Shown here: positions 1 to 10,061 of the stretch, piece by piece
How positions within the stretch are numbered: the stretch's first letter is position 1
Layout: the number at the start of each line of letters is the position of its first letter
Source of the DNA: Escherichia phage slur09
Sequence record: NC_028840.1
Strand: one strand, 5' to 3'
DNA: 64,000 nt
The notes under the pieces: model-generated
What the model saw: only the letters and a program-made list of their open reading frames with translations
What the model was told of the DNA's origin: nothing
The model's database searches: none
Program-made: the position numbers and the translations under genes

Positions 1-3000
1 ACCGCAGCTAAAACTTCAGAAACTAATGCTAATAGTAGCAAAACTGCTGCGGCTGCTTCTGCTTCAGCAGCTAAAACATCAGAAACTAATGCCAGTGCTT
101 CGGCTGCTGCGGCTAAAACATCAGAAACTAATGCTAATAATAGTAAAAATGCTGCTGCTAATAGTGCTAATGCTGCTAAAGCATCAGAAACCAATGCTAA
201 AACATCAGAAACTAATGCGGCGGCATCTGCTACTAAAGCTGAAAATGTAGCTTCTGGTATGCGAGATTCTATAGGTCTTGGTTCATCACAACGTGAGTGT
301 ACTGATATTTCCGGCGATCCATCAGGATATATCGGATTTATGCGTATTAGGAGTAGCGCAAAAGGCTTCCCGTCGATCGCATCCGGTGAAAACAGTATTA
401 CAGGGTTTATTAGTCAGGTAGATGGAACTCCAGCGTATGCAGGTGTATTTCAGGGATGGGATACGTTCTCGCTTTATACTTATCGCTGGAATCCGACAAT
501 AGGTCCGCAATGGCAGCGCCATGCTCGCAAAAATGAAGTTGACAAACTTGTACAGCTTAATTCTGAGACCCAGCTGTTAAACCCAGGTGATAATGCTAAA
601 ATTATTATTACTAGTAATAAACTTTGGGGAGCTTATGATATAGAAAATAGATCATATATACCACTTGCAGTAGGACAAGGAGGTACTGGCGGTAGGTCAG
701 CTGCTGAAGCTAGAAATAATCTACAGCTAAACCGTTTTCAGCGTTCTAGTGATACAAGAACTATCATTTTATCTACAGACGTCCAGAAGGATGGTTGTTA
801 CTTACAGGTTGATGCTGATGGTCAATGGGGTGCGTTTAACCCTAAAATCGGTAAATGGCAAGCGCTTGCCATTCCGCAGGGTGGTACTGGGGCTAATGAT
901 ACCAGCACGGCACGCACAAATTTGCAGGTTATGTATGAGGCAAAAACTGGCCTTGATGAGAATACGAACTTAAACGATATAAAAGGTACTACAGCTGGTT
1001 TTTATTACCAACCAATGTCTGCCAATGCAAAGCCAGAACTAAATTACCCTATACAGCTTGCGGGTGCACTGAGGGTTTTAAAGGACGGGGCTAATGTTGG
1101 GTACTCATGTATTCAGACTTATTATGTATACAATAACCCAAAAATCTCATATAGCCGTGTATACAATGGTGGTTCTGACACATGGTCAGACTGGGTGAGA
1201 AACGTATCAACAGGAAGAATTGAAGAAGGAGAATCGACCACTTATGTTTATTCTGATTATTCTCCATTAGCACCTAGACTTCAAGTGGGAACATCTGGAT
1301 TGTGGGGCTGTCATAATGGATCATCATGGGTTCCATTATCTATTGGTCAAGGTGGCACAGGTGCAACTACACTTCAAGATGCAAAAACCAACTTACAGAT
1401 CCCTGAAGGTGGTTTAACTAAAGCCATGCTCTTGCAAGCTCCCAAAGGTGCAGAGGATGGTAAATACTACCCTGTCATAATCGACGCCTCAGGAATTGAA
1501 GGTAACGGAAACCTTACGTGCCCTATTGATATAAAAACAGCAGGACGCGCATCATCCGATCCGATGAATAGCAATACATTTAGTGGGTATTTTAGATGTG
1601 GTGGCTGGTCTGATACCAAAGATATAGCTTACGGCTCATTTATTACCTATGACAAAAATGAGCTTGGTATACTTTGTCTCAAGGTATCGCAGAAAGACTA
1701 TCCGCAATATGTAGCGTTTTATATTCACAAATCAGCTTTCCCGATATTATTGCAAACAGGCTATAAAGCGCGAGTTATTGTACCAACAGAAGATTATGTG
1801 ATCGGCACAAACGGCGTCAAATATAAATTTGGTGTATCAACGTCAACAGAGGGTAACGCCGAGAACTCTGTTAAAAATGCTCTCGATTTCACCGGTGGTG
1901 AAAGCGGGTTTTATAGCAACCTGCCGTTCCGGCAAGGCTACGCCTATAATGTGGCATTAACAAATGACCTGAATTTTGACAAAAATTTTACCTTCACTAC
2001 TCCTATATTTTTAAACAATGGCCAGATTAAAGCAACACAATCTTTCACCGCGTACGGTACGGATGTTTCAAATAGATCGTTTGTCTCTCAAAGATTACAA
2101 TCCGAAGGAGGTCAGGTTGTCGATCAAACCGAACTAAGGGCCGCTAACGGGTCAGGTGAGATCGTTGTTAGAGACGTAAACAATTCAGGTAATTCTAAAT
2201 GGTTTACTTTTAGTCTCGATGGAACTATGTCATCATACAATGGTATTGCTGTAACCGCGAGCCAAAACTGGGCAATACAACATAATGACAATGTAAATAA
2301 GTTTAAGCCAATAGCAGGGAGCGCAGGCAGTCCTGACGGAACAATGGTTGTTGGCGGATTCCATGCTCAATTTAGTGGTAATTACGCCACACAATTCGCC
2401 GGTCGCAACTCCAGTTTTTGGGCAAGAAGTTTTGAGGCTGGGGTTGATAAGGGATGGAAACGACTATTAACAGTAGACGATCTCAATTCATCTACTAATC
2501 TTACTGTTAACTCATTAACTACCATAAGTTCTGTAAAATCAGGAAGTGGCAATCTGACCATATTAGGTAGCACATCTGATAGCAGTTTAATGAATTGCAC
2601 TCTCCATGGGTATAACAGCGCCGGTTCAAGTCTTGCATGGACAATTGGAACGTCTGCATCTGAAAACAAGATGCTTACAATTAGGAACCTTCATAGCGAA
2701 GCAAAAGTATTACTAAACGGTGTAGATGGAGCAATTCAACTCAAAACAGGTACTGTTGGAGGAGCCGCTGCGCAAGCGATCACTATTAATAAGGATGAGG
2801 TCTACTCAACTGTTGATTTTGCCATTACAAAAGGAGGTAAGAGATTCTCTATACAAAACAGCGCCAACTCCGAACTACCATTCGCTATCAGGGTATGGGG
2901 CTCCAGCACTCGTCAAAACGTTTTTGAGGTTGGCACGTCTGCTGCGTATTTGTTCTATGCTCAAAAAACATCGCAGGGGCAACTGTTTGATGTAAATGGT

Positions 3001-3426
3001 AATATTAACTGTGTAACACTTAACCAGTCCTCGGACCGAAGACTTAAAGAGAATATCAATGTTATTTCTGACGCAACAGGAGCTATCAGAAAGATCAATG
3101 GATATACATACACCCTTAAAGATGGAGGTTCCAATAAGGCTGGTGTTATCGCCCAGGAAGTGATGGAAGCATTACCTGAAGCAGTAGGTTCATTTATCCG
3201 GTACGGTGAAGAACTTCCAGGCCCAACCGAAGATGGGAATACTTTGCGTGAAGAAGCATCATATCTTAACGTCGACTATTCCGCGCTTACTGGTCTTCTT
3301 GTTCAGGTGGCACGCGAAACAGATAACCGAGTCACCGAACTAGAATCAGAAGTATCTGATCTTAAAAAGCAACTTGCAGACCTAACTCTAGTAGTTAACT
3401 CTTTGTTAGCAAATAGGGCACAGTAA
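1..3426 (+). CDS. ltf: L-shaped tail fibre protein (pb1-like), 5'-partial, with C-terminal intramolecular chaperone (peptidase S74-like) domain
   Basis: Frame 1 is open from base 1 into the listed ORF 259..3426, so the start lies upstream of the window; N-terminal AAKTSETNA-type repeats; C-terminal SDRRLKENI...GYTYTLKDG...AQEVMEALPEAV motif typical of self-cleaving fibre chaperone domains. Confidence 0.85.
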   Translation, partial: TAAKTSETNANSSKTAAAASASAAKTSETNASASAAAAKTSETNANNSKNAAANSANAAKASETNAKTSETNAAASATKAENVASGMRDSIGLGSSQRECTDISGDPSGYIGFMRIRSSAKGFPSIASGENSITGFISQVDGTPAYAGVFQGWDTFSLYTYRWNPTIGPQWQRHARKNEVDKLVQLNSETQLLNPGDNAKIIITSNKLWGAYDIENRSYIPLAVGQGGTGGRSAAEARNNLQLNRFQRSSDTRTIILSTDVQKDGCYLQVDADGQWGAFNPKIGKWQALAIPQGGTGANDTSTARTNLQVMYEAKTGLDENTNLNDIKGTTAGFYYQPMSANAKPELNYPIQLAGALRVLKDGANVGYSCIQTYYVYNNPKISYSRVYNGGSDTWSDWVRNVSTGRIEEGESTTYVYSDYSPLAPRLQVGTSGLWGCHNGSSWVPLSIGQGGTGATTLQDAKTNLQIPEGGLTKAMLLQAPKGAEDGKYYPVIIDASGIEGNGNLTCPIDIKTAGRASSDPMNSNTFSGYFRCGGWSDTKDIAYGSFITYDKNELGILCLKVSQKDYPQYVAFYIHKSAFPILLQTGYKARVIVPTEDYVIGTNGVKYKFGVSTSTEGNAENSVKNALDFTGGESGFYSNLPFRQGYAYNVALTNDLNFDKNFTFTTPIFLNNGQIKATQSFTAYGTDVSNRSFVSQRLQSEGGQVVDQTELRAANGSGEIVVRDVNNSGNSKWFTFSLDGTMSSYNGIAVTASQNWAIQHNDNVNKFKPIAGSAGSPDGTMVVGGFHAQFSGNYATQFAGRNSSFWARSFEAGVDKGWKRLLTVDDLNSSTNLTVNSLTTISSVKSGSGNLTILGSTSDSSLMNCTLHGYNSAGSSLAWTIGTSASENKMLTIRNLHSEAKVLLNGVDGAIQLKTGTVGGAAAQAITINKDEVYSTVDFAITKGGKRFSIQNSANSELPFAIRVWGSSTRQNVFEVGTSAAYLFYAQKTSQGQLFDVNGNINCVTLNQSSDRRLKENINVISDATGAIRKINGYTYTLKDGGSNKAGVIAQEVMEALPEAVGSFIRYGEELPGPTEDGNTLREEASYLNVDYSALTGLLVQVARETDNRVTELESEVSDLKKQLADLTLVVNSLLANRAQ

Positions 3427-3433
3427 AAAGAAA

Positions 3434-3465
3434 CCCCAGTGGACAAAATCCACTGGGGTTTTTCT
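3434..3465 (+). terminator. Rho-independent terminator after ltf (hairpin CCCCAGTGG/CCACTGGGG plus T-run)
   Basis: GC hairpin followed by TTTTTCT directly after the ltf stop. Confidence 0.7.
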
Positions 3466-3466
3466 A

Positions 3467-3730
3467 TTATTCGCTTCTACAACCTTCTATAATACCAAGA
3501 TTATAAATAGTTAGTAGTATTTTTAAATGTTCATTATCAGTATTAGTACAAAGCTCTACAAAACCTTCAGGATCCCAGAAAGTAACATTACCTTCTTTAT
3601 CTGTTCTTAGCACAAATGTTTCTGATTCAGTAGTTTTAATCTGATAAGTTGACGTATTAGTATCAATACCTACCATATTAGGATCAGTAAAATTATTTGC
3701 TTCCTGAACTTCCAAATCCGCCTTCCCCAC
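3467..3730 (-). CDS. hypothetical small protein (true start may be the internal Met at 3676)
   Basis: ORF track; the longest ORF overlaps the dut stop, the internal ATG removes the overlap. Confidence 0.4.
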   Translation of the reverse strand: MGKADLEVQEANNFTDPNMVGIDTNTSTYQIKTTESETFVLRTDKEGNVTFWDPEGFVELCTNTDNEHLKILLTIYNLGIIEGCRSE

Positions 3731-4139
3731 GATTAGTCTCCCCTAGTTTGTCGACGATTTCAAAATTATGAGTTGAGTAGTGTGGTACTACTACTAGCTG
3801 ACAAAGTCTTTCAAAATTCTCCAGAGTTTGAATTTCAGAACCGTAGTTGAACAAGTTCATCTTAATAGTTCCACGATAGTCTGAGTCAATCACCCCTGCG
3901 GTGTTTGCAATCATCAGATGACGCTTACCTAAAGAACTACGAGGAACTACCAAACCGAACCAACCTCGCGGAATTTCTACCGCGACACCGGTGTCAATCA
4001 TAAGAGATTTGCCTGGTGCAATAGCACGTAAATCTGCAGCAGGGTTAGTACCAAAGAACGCTCTCAGATCCATACCTGCGGCATCTTCTGAACCAATCTT
4101 AGGCATACAATCTGGATGAGTTAACTTAATTTTAATCAT
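3693..4139 (-). CDS. dut: dUTP pyrophosphatase (dUTPase)
   Basis: 148 aa; AGMDLRA, GLVVPRSSLG, GVIDSDYRG and C-terminal GGFGSSG motifs of trimeric dUTPases. Confidence 0.9.
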   Translation of the reverse strand: MIKIKLTHPDCMPKIGSEDAAGMDLRAFFGTNPAADLRAIAPGKSLMIDTGVAVEIPRGWFGLVVPRSSLGKRHLMIANTAGVIDSDYRGTIKMNLFNYGSEIQTLENFERLCQLVVVPHYSTHNFEIVDKLGETNRGEGGFGSSGSK

Positions 4140-5011
4140 TGTTCTGCAATCTCCAAAATATCTTTTGTAAACTTATCTAATACATCTTGACCTACAGCAG
4201 CAATAGCATCCACACAGTAGGTAGGTAAATCAACCAGAATTAAATTTCGGTAAAGCAATTCTTCCGAAGCATTTAAATTCTGTATATATTTCTGTTTTCC
4301 AGGTAGTGGAAGCTGATCAATAATATCCAGAACGTTACCAAATTCACGAATAATGTTATACCCGCGTTTTGCCCCAATACCCTCAACACCACGGATATTA
4401 TCTCCTAAATCACCCATAATTGCTTTCAGAGAGATAAACTGCTCTACATCGTCAACATTATGATGCTCATACATATCACGAAGATGGTATTCACGACGTG
4501 TTGTGAAAGAGAAGCGAGATATTTTATCTGTTAATAAAGTATCCCAGTCACCGTCAGTAGAAATCAGCCAAACGTGATCATATAGATGCCCGATCAGCTT
4601 AACAATATAAGCTGCCATATCATCTGCTTCTACGCCACGAATAGTGAAGGTTGGGAATGTAGTTTCACATAGTTCGAAAGCATCTTTCAAATACTCGAAG
4701 AACTGCTCATCTAACGCTTTCTCCTCTTCCGTACGCTGTGAGTATTTCTCATCTCGGTTCCCTTTATACTCGGGGAGATGCTCTAGGCGGAATGCAGACT
4801 TCCCTTTATCTCCTAAAACTATTGTAGTTCTAGCAGAATAAGATTTTGCAAGAGACTGGATAGTGGAAACATAACTTGAGGCAAATGGTTTTTTACTATT
4901 GTTATGCTTGAAGCGAAAGCCTAAGTTAGTTCCATCGACAATCATTAGGTTACTACGGGAAGCCATTTCAGCTTCCTCTTCTTCAATAAATTTTCCCCAG
5001 GATTTACTCAT
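4136..5011 (-). CDS. flap endonuclease / 5'-3' exonuclease (T5 D15-like)
   Basis: 291 aa; N-terminal LMIVDGTNLGFR and helix-hairpin-helix GIGAKRG motifs of the FEN/T5 exonuclease family; start overlaps dut stop (ATGA). Confidence 0.9.
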   Translation of the reverse strand: MSKSWGKFIEEEEAEMASRSNLMIVDGTNLGFRFKHNNSKKPFASSYVSTIQSLAKSYSARTTIVLGDKGKSAFRLEHLPEYKGNRDEKYSQRTEEEKALDEQFFEYLKDAFELCETTFPTFTIRGVEADDMAAYIVKLIGHLYDHVWLISTDGDWDTLLTDKISRFSFTTRREYHLRDMYEHHNVDDVEQFISLKAIMGDLGDNIRGVEGIGAKRGYNIIREFGNVLDIIDQLPLPGKQKYIQNLNASEELLYRNLILVDLPTYCVDAIAAVGQDVLDKFTKDILEIAEQ

Positions 5012-5493
5012 TATTTAATTAAGTCCTCAACAGATGCATGATGTAGCCACGGCTCAAATAAACCAATTACGATTTCCATGTCTTTCTTATTTAACACCAT
5101 ATGGGTACGACTCATTAAGTTGTCAACCATCGGGTCTGAGCTATCCAAAGCTATTAACCACTGTCCTCTGTCTTTCTTGAATATTAATGCAGGTTTGGAG
5201 TTCATCTGCTCACCTTCACGTGAGCATTGCTGCCACCACTTCTCTAGAGTGGATTCACCAACATTAAATAAATTACTTGATAATGCGTCATCTTTATACC
5301 ACTTAACTTCGAAGCAGTATTTACTAATGTGTCCGCTTTGTGGTGGAAGGTAGATGTCACCTTTCAGTCCGTGGCTCTGGCCAAAAGCACCAGAGCCAGG
5401 AACACGTTCCCACTCAAGACCTGTACGCTCACGTAGAATATCTCTTACCTGATACTCACCTCGTTTACCTTTCTCTCTACTATCTACAGCCAT
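5011..5493 (-). CDS. putative PD-(D/E)xK-type nuclease (D14-like)
   Basis: 160 aa; GDIY...FEVKW arrangement resembles a D...ExK nuclease core; position between flap endonuclease and SbcC as in T5. Confidence 0.5.
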   Translation of the reverse strand: MAVDSREKGKRGEYQVRDILRERTGLEWERVPGSGAFGQSHGLKGDIYLPPQSGHISKYCFEVKWYKDDALSSNLFNVGESTLEKWWQQCSREGEQMNSKPALIFKKDRGQWLIALDSSDPMVDNLMSRTHMVLNKKDMEIVIGLFEPWLHHASVEDLIK

Positions 5494-5496
5494 GTT

Positions 5497-7335
5497 TTAT
5501 TCTAAGTAGGAAAATCCTTCTGCATCTTTTTTAACAGTAATCTTATGAGCTAATGGATGCGTATGCCCATGAGAAACAATGATAGAATTTAGACTTTCTT
5601 CCTCATTTAATAGTTCAACAAGAGTGTCAAGTCCTTTAGTATCAATAAAGCTAATTACTTCATCAAGGAATAGAAGATTAATATTAACTTTACTAATAGA
5701 TGTTAGTAGCATTCGAATAGCTAACAGAGTTGCTAGGTTGATTCGACTTTGCTGACCAGTAGAGCAATTCTCCATACTAGTACGATTTCCATCATTGAAG
5801 ATTACTACTTGTAATTTTGTTTCATCAAGTTCAAATCCAAGTGCGAACTTACCGCCAGTCATAATGGAAAGGTATTTATTGATAAGCTCTTCAAATACTT
5901 TCACACTATGCTCTAGTTTATATCCTACTAGATTCTTTAATGCAGCGATCAGAATATCGAGATCAGCAACAGCCTCTGATACCTCATCCAGTTTGGAAGT
6001 AATCTCAGACATTTCTGCCTCAGCTTTCTCAATCTGTTCTAGTTTCGCTTTATATTTTGCATTGGCTAATTCGACATTTGCATTATGCTCTTTGGCAATT
6101 GCAACCTTAGAACGGCCATCAGCGATTTCCTGTTCTAATTGTCGGATTTGCACCTGTAGGTTTTGCACATTGAGTTCTTCAAAAGAAGCATCACTCATTG
6201 AACTTTTGAACTCGTCTCTAGCTGCTAATGCTTTATCCAAAGCATCCTTTGCTCTAATATATGCAGTGTATTCAAGTTGTTCTTTCTTCAACTGTTCTAG
6301 CTTAGCTTCAAGAGATTGCTTCTCTTTGAACAGAGGATCATATTCTGTTCTAGCCATATCCATTGCTTTTTGAGCAGCCGTTGTATCCAGATGAGTACCG
6401 CAAGTAGGGCATTCAGTATTTGAAGCCTCTTGCTTGAACTTCTGATAACGTTTCTTAACTTCGCCTGCACGTGAGGTTACAATCGTTAGATCACGCGTAA
6501 CACTTGAGATCTCTTCGTTTTGGTCAATGGGCGCGGGCAAATTTTTGAAAGGCTCGAAAGATTGTTCGGCAACTTGTACAGCTTTGTCCAAATTACGCAA
6601 TTTAGTAATATTAGCCTCTTGAGACTTGGCTAATGCCGCCTTAATTTTCGATTCAGTAAGTTCTTGTGCTAATGGCTCTTCATCAAACTCTGGTACTTCT
6701 ACAGGTTCCTGCAAAGTTCCCAGATTATTCTTTCCATTAAGGATTTTCGTAATTACAGCCATTTGGCCCTGCAAATTATTTAAGGTATTTGCTATTTCTT
6801 TACGGTCAGCCTTAATAGTTTCTGACATTTCTTTGTACTGTTCTTGATTGAACAAGTTAACAAGAAAAGCCTTACGTGTTGCATCTGTTGCTTTTAGAAA
6901 GTCTAGATTGGAACCCACCGATTGATAAATCAGTTTGGTGAATGTTTGGAAGTCACCACCCATAATTTCTTCAATCATCTTGTATGTTTGGGTTGCCGTG
7001 TGTCCACTAATATCTTCCCCATTCTTAATAAGAGTTACTTTAGCAGTTGATTTAACTACTTTATGCAGTTCGTACTCATCTTCATCTTTCGAGAAGTAAG
7101 CGTGCATATCGTATTCTTTTTTCGGAGAAGACCAGGAGAACAGAGCATCCTTCTTAATACCACGTGAGTTCTTGTTATAAAACAATTCCTCGATAACCGT
7201 AGCGATGGTGGATTTTCCTAATCCATTGCCACCAATTAGTTGAGTAACTGGATTCTTATCGAAATGAATTACGATGTCCTTACCGTAAGACATAACGTTA
7301 CTAAATTTTAGTGTCTTAATTGTAATCTTTGACAT
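5497..7335 (-). CDS. SbcC/Rad50-like recombination nuclease ATPase subunit (D13-like)
   Basis: Walker A GGNGLGKST, long coiled-coil, CPTCG zinc hook, C-terminal signature/Walker B LLFLDE; start taken at the internal ATG (MSKITIKTL) to avoid overlap with the upstream gene; ORF track extends to 7416. Confidence 0.8.
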   Translation of the reverse strand: MSKITIKTLKFSNVMSYGKDIVIHFDKNPVTQLIGGNGLGKSTIATVIEELFYNKNSRGIKKDALFSWSSPKKEYDMHAYFSKDEDEYELHKVVKSTAKVTLIKNGEDISGHTATQTYKMIEEIMGGDFQTFTKLIYQSVGSNLDFLKATDATRKAFLVNLFNQEQYKEMSETIKADRKEIANTLNNLQGQMAVITKILNGKNNLGTLQEPVEVPEFDEEPLAQELTESKIKAALAKSQEANITKLRNLDKAVQVAEQSFEPFKNLPAPIDQNEEISSVTRDLTIVTSRAGEVKKRYQKFKQEASNTECPTCGTHLDTTAAQKAMDMARTEYDPLFKEKQSLEAKLEQLKKEQLEYTAYIRAKDALDKALAARDEFKSSMSDASFEELNVQNLQVQIRQLEQEIADGRSKVAIAKEHNANVELANAKYKAKLEQIEKAEAEMSEITSKLDEVSEAVADLDILIAALKNLVGYKLEHSVKVFEELINKYLSIMTGGKFALGFELDETKLQVVIFNDGNRTSMENCSTGQQSRINLATLLAIRMLLTSISKVNINLLFLDEVISFIDTKGLDTLVELLNEEESLNSIIVSHGHTHPLAHKITVKKDAEGFSYLE

Positions 7336-8293
7336 ATTTTGCAGCTCTAGCCAAGATTCTATCAATGTCGCCTTGAGATAGCTTCTCGACTTCACGGAAG
7401 TAAAGTTCAAGTTCACCTAACATATCAAGATCAACAAGATTTAACTTAGCGTCTTTAGTAACTCGATGGTTAATCTTCTTATCTAATAAATCAGAGTCTT
7501 TGATAGACTTTAATTGAACAACGTCACCAGTAACTTCATAGACTACACGATCATAATCACTAGGTTCCATCTCTTCACCAGCCCCGATTGTTTTACGAAT
7601 CAGTTGTGGTAAATCACCGAGTTCAATCCATTCTACTTTTAATGTGTCGGTATCAACGATAAAGCAACCATTTGTACCTTTTGTGCGTTCTCTATGAAAC
7701 GATGTAGTTAATGGAGACCCTGGGTAGAGAAGTCTAGTAGATCCGATAGTCTGGCTATTAGTATAAGAATGTAAATCGCCAGCAATTACAGTATCATAAC
7801 AGTTGTACTTAGTTAGATCAATTTCTGGTTTTACATGTGGAGGGATTTCACCACGAACATGCGTGAAACATAGTTTTGATTCAGATGGTTTCCACTTAGA
7901 TTTATGGATTTCATCATACGGAACAATATCAAATTCAGGGGAACGATATGGTTTGGTAATTACTTCCCACTTACCACTCGTTACCTTATTAATAACTCCT
8001 GCATAATGATATAGACATGAAATGGTTTTAGTTAACATTTCATGATTACCAGTAAAGATTTTGCCTGGATGGTCAAGTCTTGACATGAACTGTTCAAGCA
8101 GTTCTATTTCTTCTGACGACGGGTCGGCAACATCAAGTATATCACCACCAGCAATATGAAGATCACAGTTATGATTATGGAATATATCATTTAACCGTTC
8201 TCCTAGCATCAGGAAGCGACGCTTCTGCCATTCTTTGGGTATCTTATCTTGGCCCAGCTTAATATGATGATCAGCACTAAATAGTATTTTCAC
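7316..8293 (-). CDS. SbcD/Mre11-like nuclease (D12-like), calcineurin-type phosphoesterase
   Basis: 325 aa; N-terminal MKILFSADHH and GNHE metallophosphatase motifs. Confidence 0.85.
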   Translation of the reverse strand: MKILFSADHHIKLGQDKIPKEWQKRRFLMLGERLNDIFHNHNCDLHIAGGDILDVADPSSEEIELLEQFMSRLDHPGKIFTGNHEMLTKTISCLYHYAGVINKVTSGKWEVITKPYRSPEFDIVPYDEIHKSKWKPSESKLCFTHVRGEIPPHVKPEIDLTKYNCYDTVIAGDLHSYTNSQTIGSTRLLYPGSPLTTSFHRERTKGTNGCFIVDTDTLKVEWIELGDLPQLIRKTIGAGEEMEPSDYDRVVYEVTGDVVQLKSIKDSDLLDKKINHRVTKDAKLNLVDLDMLGELELYFREVEKLSQGDIDRILARAAKYVKDYN

Positions 8294-8753
8294 TTAATAG
8301 ACTATCATATACTGCATTTGCTACAGTCTCTGCTTCATGTATGGAATCTGTATATCCATAATGCTTACCTTTAATTTGAACAAAATATCTACCAGTTGAA
8401 TGTTTTAAGAAGACACCTTTTGGTAATTCTTTATTACTATTCTTGTTTCTATTCAACTGATTGCGTGACTTAGAAGAGTCTAGTAAATTATCTATGGCAT
8501 TATTTAATGGATTCCTATCCTTATGGTCAATTTCTTCTGGAATGTACCCATACACATATAAGAAAGCTAACTGATGTGCTTTATACCTTTTACTATCAAT
8601 TCGGATTTCCAATCTGATATAGTTATCAGATACCCGTACTTCCGTCCCTGCTATGGAGCCTTTCGATACTCTTCCTCTTGAGACTTTCCATCTAAATATA
8701 CCAGTTAGAGGATCATAGTCTAATAGCTCTTTAAGTCTATCTTGTGTAATCAT
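8277..8753 (-). CDS. HNH-family homing endonuclease
   Basis: 158 aa; N-terminus MITQDRLKELLDYDPLTGIFRWKV shared with ORFs 15805..16338 and 63464..64000; HKD/RNPLNN motif region. Confidence 0.7.
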   Translation of the reverse strand: MITQDRLKELLDYDPLTGIFRWKVSRGRVSKGSIAGTEVRVSDNYIRLEIRIDSKRYKAHQLAFLYVYGYIPEEIDHKDRNPLNNAIDNLLDSSKSRNQLNRNKNSNKELPKGVFLKHSTGRYFVQIKGKHYGYTDSIHEAETVANAVYDSLLSENTI

Positions 8754-8761
8754 AAAGATAT

Positions 8762-8786
8762 AAGAAAAGGGGCCGAAGCCCCTCTA
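8762..8786 (-). terminator. intrinsic terminator hairpin (GGGGC-CGAA-GCCCC)
   Basis: GC stem with tetraloop and T-run on the minus strand downstream of ORF 8791..9564. Confidence 0.5.
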
Positions 8787-8790
8787 TTTA

Positions 8791-9564
8791 TTAGTCGTCC
8801 AGATCGCTTGCAGCTTCTGTGTCAATACCTTTCTGGGAGCCTGCATTGCTATTACCAGATTTGGCATCGTCATCTTTATTCTCACGACCCTCCATGAAGG
8901 CTAGAATTGCTTCTTTCTGCTCTTCATAGGTAGGAACCGGATAGGTTTGTTCCAGAGAAGGAACTTTTTCGAACTTAATGATGTCGCCATCTTCATCACA
9001 CATAGCTTCACCGATCAGATCTACATCCGCAGCATATTGCTTAGATTCCGCGCTGTTAGGATCTTGCAGCTTAATCTGGAACTGCATAGCAGCAATCTGC
9101 TGTACATCATACTCAGTATCGAAACCTTTACCTTTTTTCTCGATAGAAATATCAATATCAAACGGAGTTGCCAAACTCAACTGCTTCATGATAGACTGGA
9201 TGCCTTTCAGAATAGTAGCCTTGACTTCCATTACTTTCAGTTTGTTATCAGAACGGTCGATAACAAAAGCGATATAGTTTTTCTTCGGTTTCAGCGGAAC
9301 ACGATTACCATCTTTATCCAGTTCTTTCTCGAAGAAGCCCATCTCATGAACCGGATCAGCTTTACCACGAACAAAGCTCTCTTTGTCACGGTTAAAACGG
9401 AGACATTCGAAAGGAGCTACGTTACCCTCTTTATTAGTCAGCCAATAGACATAACGTGGAAGAACACCAGAAACGATACGAACACGAGTGATACCGTTGT
9501 TGAACTTCAGGAATTCGATTTTATCGTTAGAACCGCCAGTAGTTTCGCCCCAAGACTTAGCCAT
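8791..9564 (-). CDS. putative single-stranded DNA-binding protein (D11-like), acidic C-terminal tail
   Basis: 257 aa; acidic C-terminus ...DTEAASDLDD typical of SSB tails; replication-module context. Confidence 0.45.
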   Translation of the reverse strand: MAKSWGETTGGSNDKIEFLKFNNGITRVRIVSGVLPRYVYWLTNKEGNVAPFECLRFNRDKESFVRGKADPVHEMGFFEKELDKDGNRVPLKPKKNYIAFVIDRSDNKLKVMEVKATILKGIQSIMKQLSLATPFDIDISIEKKGKGFDTEYDVQQIAAMQFQIKLQDPNSAESKQYAADVDLIGEAMCDEDGDIIKFEKVPSLEQTYPVPTYEEQKEAILAFMEGRENKDDDAKSGNSNAGSQKGIDTEAASDLDD

Positions 9565-9841
9565 ATTTTATTTCCTCTTTAAAGATTAATTTTGATTTGT
9601 TAATTGCGATTAGTGGGTTAGTGTCGATTACTAAACGTGGTATCCATACTGGAACATATTGCATGTCCAAACTAGGATCGTTTGTAAACTTGTATTCGGC
9701 ATAATTTCGTAGACTTAAAATTCCTAGATATTCTGCCAGTTGTCTATTAGACAATTTATTTGGATTATCAACTATTGTTGATTCATTCAAAATGAATGAG
9801 GAACCGACCAATAATTGGTGAGCATCAGGCTCTGTAAGCAT
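9557..9841 (-). CDS. hypothetical protein
   Basis: ORF track; preceded on the minus strand by tandem promoter-like repeats. Confidence 0.5.
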   Translation of the reverse strand: MLTEPDAHQLLVGSSFILNESTIVDNPNKLSNRQLAEYLGILSLRNYAEYKFTNDPSLDMQYVPVWIPRLVIDTNPLIAINKSKLIFKEEIKYG

Positions 9842-9948
9842 TCTTTTGAATAACTTAATAATTAGGTCGGAATTTCCTCTAGCTAGTAAGTATAGCTTTT
9901 CATAATCGAAGAATTTAATTTTTGTTTTCTCCTCGAATTTATGTATAT

Positions 9949-9978
9949 ATTATACTAGATTTCGAGAGAATTTAGCAA
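9949..9978 (-). promoter_or_regulatory. T5-type early promoter (minus strand), one of two tandem copies
   Basis: rc TTGCTA-N18-TATAAT; 25-bp motif TCTCAAATTTATGTATATATTATAC repeated at about 9931 and 10034. Confidence 0.55.
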
Positions 9979-10061
9979 CTAAAATTTTTATTTTTCTGCT
10001 TCGGACTTTCTTATCAATCCGAAACTTTCTCTCTCAAATTTATGTATATATTATACATCAT

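Noticed and set aside
26-250. 74-aa ORF at the start of the window
   Set aside because: Lies in a different frame inside the tail-fibre coding sequence, which is open in frame 1 from base 1; it is a low-complexity artefact of the repeat region.
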